Positions 1 through 7,686 of a stretch of DNA of 64,000 nucleotides are shown in pieces. The position numbers were made by a program, and so were the translations under genes. The notes under the pieces are model-generated. The model worked only from the letters and a program-made list of their open reading frames with translations, was not told the origin of the DNA and searched no databases. Within the stretch, counting starts at the first letter, position 1, and every line of letters starts with the position of its first letter. The stretch comes from an uncultured Bacteroidales bacterium (GTDB taxonomy: Bacteria > Bacteroidota > Bacteroidia > Bacteroidales > VadinHA17), in the NCBI GenBank assembly GCA_963816345.1, contig CAWFKI010000004.1, forward strand, positions 57,559 through 121,558. The letters are read 5' to 3'.

Positions 1-417
1 GAAATTCGCTGTATCGCCTGAAATCACCTTCACAGAGAATATACTGAAGAATGAATGCGTCGCATAATAAAGATTTCCGATGCTGAACAGTTTATCATCA
101 ACCTTCACTGAGTTCTGATAACCTGCGGCAAGCACTGCTGCATCTTCAACTTCAGGAAAGTCTTTAACAACTGCCTCAGCAAGCGGGGCAGGAGTGATCA
201 TCCACACCGAGGATTCTCCGGAATAGTTGAACATTGACTCTACACGATATATCCTCTCTGCGTTCTTATAAAAACTGTCATAGCTGAGCTCATGTGTGAT
301 CCAGAGAGCGATAAAGATCAGGCTGGCCAGTCCGAGAGCCAGGCCGGAAATATTCAATAATACCAATCCGTTGAGTTTTCGGAAAGACCTGATGATTTCA
401 GAGATATTAAAATTCAT
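1..417 (-). CDS. ABC transporter permease (MacB/FtsX family), N-terminal part; runs off the window edge
   Basis: Manual translation from ATG at 417: MNFNISEIIRSFRKLNGLVLLNISGLALGLASLIFIALWITHELSYDSFYKNAERIYRV. The NIxGLAxG...ELSYDxF...IYRV signature matches the permease at 7687-10110. Confidence 0.85.
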   Translation of the reverse strand, partial: MNFNISEIIRSFRKLNGLVLLNISGLALGLASLIFIALWITHELSYDSFYKNAERIYRVESMFNYSGESSVWMITPAPLAEAVVKDFPEVEDAAVLAAGYQNSVKVDDKLFSIGNLYYATHSFFSIFSVKVISGDTANF

Positions 418-666
418 GTCCGGAAAATATTTGTAGTGGATAATATTTCTATAATGACTATTCAGAATCAGTTTTGCTGCATAAATCCGTCAAAGAAATA
501 TCTGCGAAGGGTTGGCTATTGTTCTGTGATAGAAGTATTATTCGCATCTGAAGGAAGCAACAGAGGAGCAAAATTGGGTTTCAGGTGCGGATTTACTAAC
601 TTTGCAAATCCGCTATCCGCCCTGGAAAAGCCTCATGGAATTTTAAAGAAATTTATTTGATGCAGG

Positions 667-864
667 ATGAGCTATAAACTTATAAATATAAATAAGATAG
701 ATCCTATCGAGCCTCCGTGCAAGAAAAGGATCTATCACTCTCTTGAGGAGGCGCAGGATATGATCAATTATATAAAGGAGAACAGGGTCGTGCGGGATAT
801 TCACCCATACAAATGCACTTCCTGCGGTTTCTGGCACTTAACAAGCAAATCCGGGAAAAGCTGA
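667..864 (+). CDS. small putative zinc-binding protein (C...CxxC-xxWH)
   Basis: 65 aa containing CKKRIY...EEA...YKCTSCGFWHLTS; TAACTTTG promoter-like -7 element at 597-604. Confidence 0.65.
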   Translation: MSYKLININKIDPIEPPCKKRIYHSLEEAQDMINYIKENRVVRDIHPYKCTSCGFWHLTSKSGKS

Positions 865-932
865 AGAGAACATGGTCAGCACTCATCAGTCCGGTCATAT
901 ACAATAACTTACGATAATACCACTCAATATTT

Positions 933-1491
933 CTATTCCGTACAGATCTCTCCGGTCATATATAATCTGCAGTTTCCGGTGATCTCCACCCGCCCTTCAA
1001 GTAACCGGCATTTCAGGAATCCCCTCCGCTCTGAAAGCTGAATTGCCGTAAGATCTTTCCTGCCCAGCTCACCCGCCCAGTAGGGGGTCAATGTGGTATG
1101 TGCGGACAGTCATCTCAATCTCCTCAGATTTGTCGGCAGGGAAATCCAGTGTTAAGGACTGCCCGTTTTTCCTCACATACAGGATACCGCTTTTGCGGGA
1201 AAGAAAGGTAATCGAAGGCTCCTGGTATCCTTCATAATTGTACAACACGTAAGCGGATGCCAGGGTCGCGTGACCACAAAGGTCAACTTCATTTTTTGGC
1301 GTAAACCATCTGATATGATAGCTGTTACCCTCCTTCAGGTAAAAGGCAGTTTCTGAAAGATTGTTTTCCATTGCAATTTTTTGCATTATGTCATCGCTTA
1401 TCCAGGTGTCAAGAGGACATACTGCTGCCGGATTACCCTGAAAAACCTTATCGGTAAAGGCATCTACCTGATACATTTTCTGTTTCATCAT
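933..1491 (-). pseudogene. PhzF/YddE family isomerase with internal deletion and frameshift
   Basis: The N-terminal half has VDAF, GNPAAV, NLSETAF and EVDLCGHATLA. After about 1107 a different frame gives SAHTTLTPYW...QLSERRGFLKC...LYMTGEICTE* (TAG 933-935). The central part, including EDPVTG, is absent. Confidence 0.85.
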
Positions 1492-1659
1492 AATATAATT
1501 TTGAATTTAAAGGTATGATGGAAAATTAAGATGTGAATATACAATTTAAAAAGTTCCGGCGGGACTCCTTTCAGTTGCATTTGCCGGAACCAATAAGGAA
1601 AGCATTATTCAGATTTAACTTAACTTTGCATGAATAATTTTCTTAAAATAATTCAAATT

Positions 1660-2724
1660 ATGTCACGACTTTTTTCTCCTTTGTCCATAAGAAGTATAAC
1701 CCTGAAAAACAGGATAGTAATGTCCCCGATGTGTCAGTATTCGTCAGTGGACGGATTTAGCAATGACTGGCATATTGTGCATCTTGGAAGCAGGGCAGCG
1801 GGAGGCACGGCACTTATCTTCACAGAGGCAACGGCTGTCTCCCCCGAAGGTCGTATCACTCCATCCGATCTTGGACTCTGGAAAGACGAACATATTGCAG
1901 GCCTGAGCCGTATTGTCAGCTTTGTTCATAAGCAAGGCGCCAAAGCCGGGATACAGCTTGCCCACGCGGGCAGAAAAGGTTCCTGCGCAGTTCCATGGGA
2001 AGGAGGAAAGCAACTTGCAGAAAACAATGGCGGATGGATAACAGAGGGCCCCGGGGATATTCCTTTCCTTGCCGGGGAAAGAGCCCCCGCATCTTTGAAC
2101 AGGGAGGGCATCCAAAAGGTGATCTCCGGATTTAAAGCTGCCACAGGACGTGCCCGAATTGCAGGGTTTGAAGTTGTTGAAATTCATAGCGCACATGGAT
2201 ATCTGCTGCATGAATTCCTTTCTCCCATCAGCAATAAGCGTACTGATGAGTATGGCGGATCTTTTGAGAACCGCACCCTTCTGTTGCGGCAGGTTATTGA
2301 GGCTGTCAGGTCAGAGTGGCCGGCCGAATATCCGCTTTTTGTAAGGATCTCTGCAACAGAATGGACAGAAGGGGGATGGACACCCGAAGACAGTGTAAGG
2401 CTGGCGCGTACTCTTATAAGCAGCGGGGTTGATCTTATTGATTGTTCATCGGGAGGTAATGTCTATAATGCCAGAATACCTGTAAGCCCCGGGTACCAGG
2501 TTCCATTTGCCGAAGCTGTCAGAAAAGCCGGTATCATGACAGGGGCAGTAGGATTCATTACTACTGCTGAACAGGCGGAGTCAATTCTGGAGGAAGAGAA
2601 GGCCGATGTTATTCTTCTGGCCAGGGAACTGTTGAGAAACCCTTATTTTCCCCAAAGCGCAGCACGGGAACTTGGTGAGGACATCGAATGGCCGGTGCAG
2701 TATCTCAGAGCTAAAAATAAATGA
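1660..2724 (+). CDS. namA: NADH:flavin oxidoreductase / Old Yellow Enzyme (YqjM/NamA type)
   Basis: SPMCQYS, QLAHAGRK, HSAHGYLLHEFLSP, RELLRNPYFP. ATG 1660 preferred because TAACTTTG lies at 1621-1628. Confidence 0.9.
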   Translation: MSRLFSPLSIRSITLKNRIVMSPMCQYSSVDGFSNDWHIVHLGSRAAGGTALIFTEATAVSPEGRITPSDLGLWKDEHIAGLSRIVSFVHKQGAKAGIQLAHAGRKGSCAVPWEGGKQLAENNGGWITEGPGDIPFLAGERAPASLNREGIQKVISGFKAATGRARIAGFEVVEIHSAHGYLLHEFLSPISNKRTDEYGGSFENRTLLLRQVIEAVRSEWPAEYPLFVRISATEWTEGGWTPEDSVRLARTLISSGVDLIDCSSGGNVYNARIPVSPGYQVPFAEAVRKAGIMTGAVGFITTAEQAESILEEEKADVILLARELLRNPYFPQSAARELGEDIEWPVQYLRAKNK

Positions 2725-2743
2725 TTTAAGACTCAGGTTCCTG

Positions 2744-3304
2744 TCAGAAAGTCTCCTGCCCTTTATAAACATCTGATTTATAAAGATTCTGAAAGCGGCC
2801 ATCCCAGATAAGCCGACCGCTGCTTAACCCTGTTATACTCGCTGTTGCATTTGTATTGGAACTGATATTCATCAAAACATCAAAGATACCTACATTTGTC
2901 ATTACACTAAAAGTAACTGTGTAAGTAAAATGTTTAGTATCTTTTGAAACTTTATAGTTCTGAATATTCCCTTCTGCAGTAACTCCGCCGACACCATTAT
3001 AACCAATCCGGTAATTAGACCCGGTCTGTAAAACAGCTTTTGCGGAATCAAGCATAATAAAATTCAAAACTGAAGTTACCGGAACCTGGTTCCCATATTG
3101 ATTTTCCAGAAAATCCGCTTCAATTACAAATGTCCTTCTCTGAAGCAAAGTGTCAATTGCATTAAAATTTGCCTGCAATTCTGCCTGTTTCAAGTCTTTT
3201 TTTTCCTGCCTGGTGAGTTTGATATCCTGTGCATGAACATCAGAGAAAATCAAACCGCAACCAAAAATAAAAAGCAACCTTCCTAAAAATGCTGAATTTT
3301 TCAT
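2744..3304 (-). CDS. secreted DUF4251-like protein
   Basis: Signal peptide, FVIEAD and NGVGGVT motifs typical of this Bacteroidota family. Confidence 0.7.
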   Translation of the reverse strand: MKNSAFLGRLLFIFGCGLIFSDVHAQDIKLTRQEKKDLKQAELQANFNAIDTLLQRRTFVIEADFLENQYGNQVPVTSVLNFIMLDSAKAVLQTGSNYRIGYNGVGGVTAEGNIQNYKVSKDTKHFTYTVTFSVMTNVGIFDVLMNISSNTNATASITGLSSGRLIWDGRFQNLYKSDVYKGQETF

Positions 3305-3489
3305 AATTTTAAATTGTTCTAATTAAGTAATTGATTGTAAAACATTTACGTTGTCCTGCATAATGGGGGAGTATTGATCTTATACCCTTCCCCGCATTAA
3401 AAGTCATAAATCTTACCACCTTTATAAGATTATTCCTTTCAAATTAATCAATTTCCCTGCCGCAAATTTATTAAGTAATAAAGCAGTCC

Positions 3490-3655
3490 GGATTAAGAAT
3501 AGAATAAGAATAGATTAGGATTGGATTAAGATTTCTGCTGGTTGAAAATGAAAAAACATTACCATCCCTGTCATACCTTAAGTGCAGATCAGTTCAATCC
3601 CTGTCATCTGCGTGGCATTGCAGGGCTCAGGGCACGGAGCTCAGGGCACAGGGCA
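3490..3655. repeat. cluster of degenerate short tandem repeats (5/6-mer, 9-mer, 7-mer)
   Basis: ggatta-agaat-agaata-agaat-agatta-ggatt-ggatta (from 3490); atcagttca-atccctgtc-atctgcgtg (3588-3614); cagggct-cagggca-cggagct-cagggca-cagggca (3621-3655). Confidence 0.75.
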
Positions 3656-3665
3656 ACAAAATCTG

Positions 3666-5810
3666 TTATTTTAGATTTTCGTTAAAATAATCTGTTATTT
3701 TTTTGAAAAGATGTACCCTGGCATTTCCAAACACATTATGTTCCGCGCCGGGATAAACAAAGTAATCGACCTGCTTGTCCTGTTTAATGCATTCATCAAT
3801 AAAGGCGAGACTATTCTGCCAGAAAACCGTGACATCACTGGTTCCATGGATAATCAATAATTTTCCACTAAGGTTGCCGGCATAGTTTAATAATGAAGCC
3901 TTTTCGTATCCTGAGGGGTTTTGCATCGGAGTGTCCATATAGCGCTCGCCATACATTACCTCATACCATTTCCAGTCGATCACGGGGCCGCCGGCGCATG
4001 CAGCTTTAAAGACACCCGGCTGGCGAAGCATAAGGGAAATTGTCATAAAACCTCCGTAACTCCATCCATCCACGCCAATCCGGGTAGTATCGACATAGTC
4101 AAGCGATTTAAGATATTTTACACCTGCCATCTGGTCGGCCATCTCTGTCTCTCCCAACTGCCTGTGAATGATGCTTTCAAACTCAAAGCCACGATTGGAT
4201 GAACCGCGGTTATCGAGTGTGAAGATCACATAACCCTGCTGGGCCATATAATTCAGCCAGAAACCCGCTCCGCCGGTCCATGAATTAGTAATCAGCTGGT
4301 CGTGGGGACCTCCGTAAACATAAATTAATACCGGGTATTTACCTGCAGGATTAAACCCGACAGGTTTAATCAACCTGCAATAGAGCTCGGTGAAGCCATC
4401 ACCGGCTTTTATTGTAAATATTGACATCGATCCGATCTTGTAATCCTTGTATGGATCCGGGTCCTCCAGAAGGGTAAATAATTTCGATCCTTTCACGTCA
4501 AGCAAATAATATGCGCGTGCCATTTTTATGCTGCTTAACACATCAATAAAAAAATTCATGCTTTTCGCAGCCAGAATGCTATGCGTCCCTTCATCGCCGG
4601 TTAACTTCCATGTCCTGCCTGACTTAAGTTCAGTCTTATACAGATGCCTCTCCAACGGGCTTTCCATTGTTGATTCATAAAAAACCGAATTTCCCTGCGG
4701 GTCAGAATTATATAAGTCTGTAACTTCCCATTTTCCCCGGGTAATCTGTTTTAGCAGCTTTCCTTCCGTATCATAGAGGTAAAGATGGTTCCAGCCATCA
4801 CGACGGCTTTGCCAGATAAACCTGGAAGTATCACCCTCAATGAAATACAAGCCATGCAGAGGCTCTACATATTTATCGTTTTTTTCCTCAAAAAGGGTTT
4901 TAACAAAATTCCCGGTACTTGTTTCATATTTATTCAGCATGAGGTGATTCTGGTCACGGTTTAATACAGCTGTATAGATAAATCTGCCGGAGGGGTCCCA
5001 GGTCACTGAAGTCAGATACTGGTTTTCAGGGCCTGAAGTCCTGAGATAAACGATTTCATTAAGATAGGGGTTAAATATACCCAGTTCAACCTTCTGGCTC
5101 TTCATACCTGCCATCGGATATTTTACGGGTGTTTCTTTCGCTATCCGGCTGAAGATATCTACCACCGGATAATCGGCTACCTCGCTCTGATCAATTCTGT
5201 AAAAGGCAAGCAATTTCCCATCCGGCGACCAGTATGAGCCGGCATCAATTCCAAATTCGTTTCTCGAGGGTATCTGCCCGTATACAATATCGTTGCTTTT
5301 TTCATCAGTGACCTGTATCTGCTTACCGTCAATAGCTGCAAACAAGTTGCTTTTGAGGGTGTAAGCTACATTCAGTCTCTTTTTATCAATTGTAATGTTT
5401 TCACCCTCTGCAGCAAATTCATTGGGTTGGGTTAGTGAGGAATCTGCAAAATCGTACAGGAAAATCACGGACTTTTCCCTGAAATAAAACCGGTTATTGT
5501 CTATCCAGGTAAAAGCCGGAAAACGGACGAGTTCATTCTGCTTCAGGTTCTTAAGCTTTATATTCAGCTCCGTCAAAGTGAGAATGGTATCCGCCACTGA
5601 GGGTCTGCCGGCCTCTTTCTGAATCAGATTATTTTTCCCAACATAAGTAAATGATTCAAGATCACCGCGCCATGAAAGGCTTGTAATGGTTTTGGGATAA
5701 AGTTCCCGGTTCAGGAAATCGCTGACGGAAAAAAGTTTATCCTGTGCGGTAAGAGCTAATGTACCGGTACAGAAAATCAAAACGGATAAAAGAACAGGGG
5801 TTTTTCTCAT
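3666..5810 (-). CDS. S9B dipeptidyl-peptidase IV / prolyl tripeptidyl peptidase
   Basis: Signal peptide from MRKTPV (ATG 5810), DPPIV N-terminal propeller (WSPDG, YPMAG), VYGGP, catalytic GWSYGG, YGERYM, C-terminal Asp and His. Confidence 0.93.
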   Translation of the reverse strand: MRKTPVLLSVLIFCTGTLALTAQDKLFSVSDFLNRELYPKTITSLSWRGDLESFTYVGKNNLIQKEAGRPSVADTILTLTELNIKLKNLKQNELVRFPAFTWIDNNRFYFREKSVIFLYDFADSSLTQPNEFAAEGENITIDKKRLNVAYTLKSNLFAAIDGKQIQVTDEKSNDIVYGQIPSRNEFGIDAGSYWSPDGKLLAFYRIDQSEVADYPVVDIFSRIAKETPVKYPMAGMKSQKVELGIFNPYLNEIVYLRTSGPENQYLTSVTWDPSGRFIYTAVLNRDQNHLMLNKYETSTGNFVKTLFEEKNDKYVEPLHGLYFIEGDTSRFIWQSRRDGWNHLYLYDTEGKLLKQITRGKWEVTDLYNSDPQGNSVFYESTMESPLERHLYKTELKSGRTWKLTGDEGTHSILAAKSMNFFIDVLSSIKMARAYYLLDVKGSKLFTLLEDPDPYKDYKIGSMSIFTIKAGDGFTELYCRLIKPVGFNPAGKYPVLIYVYGGPHDQLITNSWTGGAGFWLNYMAQQGYVIFTLDNRGSSNRGFEFESIIHRQLGETEMADQMAGVKYLKSLDYVDTTRIGVDGWSYGGFMTISLMLRQPGVFKAACAGGPVIDWKWYEVMYGERYMDTPMQNPSGYEKASLLNYAGNLSGKLLIIHGTSDVTVFWQNSLAFIDECIKQDKQVDYFVYPGAEHNVFGNARVHLFKKITDYFNENLK

Positions 5811-5927
5811 ATGATTTCCATAATAAATGATATGTTCGGTCAATTGATATATTCCTGGCTTAAAGTTACATTTTTACTACATAATCTACGCTCTTTGCCA
5901 TGTGCTCTTCAGCCTTTTTGCAATTGT

Positions 5928-6005
5928 GCCATCGCGCCGTCACGCCATTAATTGTTTAGCTCCTTTTGCGATTAATAGTGGCTCAACGGCTCAACGGCTC
6001 AACGG
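5928..6005. repeat. upstream 8-mer tracts: three direct copies then three inverted copies
   Basis: gccatcgc-gccgtcac-gccattaa at 5928-5951; ggctcaac x3 at 5980-6003, whose reverse complement is in phase with GCCGTTGA. Confidence 0.85.
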
Positions 6006-6106
6006 GAAAATAGAAATGATTTGAAGATATTTTATTAAATTTGATATTCGCCAACATGTGGAATTGTTTGGCAAATAAATAATTAAATAATCTAAAAAGC
6101 TGCATT

Positions 6107-6457
6107 ATGGGAAATTTTCAAAAACATCGTGTCTGGCTTCTTGCCAAAGAATTAGCTGTTAATATCTACAAACAAACTTCAAAATCCACATTTTCAAAAG
6201 ATTATGGTTTAAAAGACCAGATCCAGAGATCATCAGTCAGTATCCCTTCAAATATTGCTGAAGGTGACGAACTTGAGACAGATAAACAATCTGTAAAGCA
6301 TTTCTATATTGCAAAAGGTTCAACAGCATAGTTGTTTACACAGCTGATCATTGCCCATGAAATTGGGTATCTTGACAAGGAAACCAAAGATGATTTGATT
6401 AATACCTGTTCACTTATTTCGGTAATGCTTACTAAATTAATCAAGGCAAGAAGTTAA
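6107..6457 (+). pseudogene. four-helix-bundle protein (23S rRNA IVS protein / Avd-like fold) with in-frame TAG
   Basis: VW...IY...F.KDYGLKDQIQRSSVSIPSNIAEG...IAKGSTA*LFTQLIIAHEIGYL...MLTKLIKARS*. TAG at 6329-6331 sits where the family has Glu. The frame continues 41 codons to TAA 6455-6457. TAAATTTG at 6036-6043. Confidence 0.9.
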
Positions 6458-6490
6458 TTACAATTTGATCGTTCTTCCTCGCTTCTTTTT

Positions 6491-6610
6491 GCCGTTAAGC
6501 CATTACGCCGCTGAACCGTTACGCCTTTGCGCCGTTGAGCCATCACGCCGTTACGCCATTACCTCGTTGCGCCGTTACGCCGTTGAGCCGTTATGCCGTT
6601 ATGCCGTTAC
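6491..6610. repeat. 15 in-phase copies of a degenerate 8-mer (consensus GCCGTTAC)
   Basis: gccgttaa gccattac gccgctga accgttac gcctttgc gccgttga gccatcac gccgttac gccattac ctcgttgc gccgttac gccgttga gccgttat gccgttat gccgttac. Confidence 0.95.
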
Positions 6611-6704
6611 CTGAAAATACTTCATGTAAGATATTTTTACCGATATTGTTTGAAAATGTATTAATCTTTGTGTAGAAACAATCTGAAATTAATTTATCCT
6701 GACT

Positions 6705-7637
6705 ATGAAAAAAAATCCTGAAAAAAAGCCGGCATATATATTAGAAAGTCTGCCTGACCACTACAATAAGGGATATCCCATTGTTAAGATCGGAATGTGC
6801 CAGGTTTACACCAGGGAATGGGAGGTTCAAGCCAATATCAAAAGAACGCTTGAAGCCATTGATCTGGCTTCACGGCAGGGAGCGGAAATTGCAGTTACCC
6901 CCGAATGTGTTTTCCATGGATATCCCGAAGACGATTCGATGGGTAAATCAGAATCCTTCAGGAAGAGATTATATTCTGTCGCAGAGCCACCGGACGGAGA
7001 GAATTTACAATTATTCAAAGAGAAAGCGAAAGAAAAGAAAATCTACATTCTGGTGGGTTTTGTTGAAAAGGGAGAGGGTGAATCGATTTATAATACTGCT
7101 GCCTTGATATCGCCTGACGGCCAATTTGTTTACCTCTACAGGAAAGTACACTGCAGAGATTTTGAAAATATACACCACCAGGGATATTTTTCACCCGGGA
7201 GCAATTTCTATACATCGGATCTCCTGTTCAGGGGAAGAAAATTCAATGTGGGAACAATAATCTGCTTTGACAGGGAGATCCCTGAATCATTGAGGTGCAT
7301 GAGATCATTAGGGGCAGAACTGGTGCTCTGCCCCCTGGCGACAGATACCAGTGATATGACAGTTTATAAAAACGAAGCTGATAATGAAATAATTACAAGA
7401 GCAGGATCAACATGCAATGAACTGTTCATGGTTGTTGTGAACCATGCTGGCAGATTTAACGGAGGAAGCTTCATAACAGGTCCAAAAGGAGAGCTGTTCT
7501 GCCAGATGAATGCTGATCCCGGAGTACTGACCTGTGAACTGCCCGTAGGTATCATCAAGAAAGAATTTCATAATAATCCGCTTGGCTGGATGGGATGGGG
7601 ATACAGGAGACCTGAGATCTATAATAAATATATTTGA
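6705..7637 (+). CDS. carbon-nitrogen hydrolase (nitrilase superfamily)
   Basis: Catalytic triad contexts VTPEC, YRKVH and ICFDRE. Confidence 0.9.
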   Translation: MKKNPEKKPAYILESLPDHYNKGYPIVKIGMCQVYTREWEVQANIKRTLEAIDLASRQGAEIAVTPECVFHGYPEDDSMGKSESFRKRLYSVAEPPDGENLQLFKEKAKEKKIYILVGFVEKGEGESIYNTAALISPDGQFVYLYRKVHCRDFENIHHQGYFSPGSNFYTSDLLFRGRKFNVGTIICFDREIPESLRCMRSLGAELVLCPLATDTSDMTVYKNEADNEIITRAGSTCNELFMVVVNHAGRFNGGSFITGPKGELFCQMNADPGVLTCELPVGIIKKEFHNNPLGWMGWGYRRPEIYNKYI

Positions 7638-7686
7638 TTCCCGAAGGTCCCGTTGACCGGCTAATAACTTCTTAAGGGGCCACCCT

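Noticed and set aside
1553..1590. GTTCCGGC...GCCGGAAC inverted repeat in the phzF/namA gap
   Set aside because: Only an 8-bp stem with a long loop and no T-run; CCGG words are common here, so there is too little to call.
6329..6331. Stop-codon reassignment or pyrrolysine readthrough
   Set aside because: TAG ends several conserved genes here at their expected C-termini, and no pyl genes are visible.
5900..6700. Diversity-generating retroelement or 23S rRNA intervening sequence
   Set aside because: No reverse transcriptase, no TR/VR pair and no rRNA sequence in the window; variation among the 8-mers is not adenine-specific.
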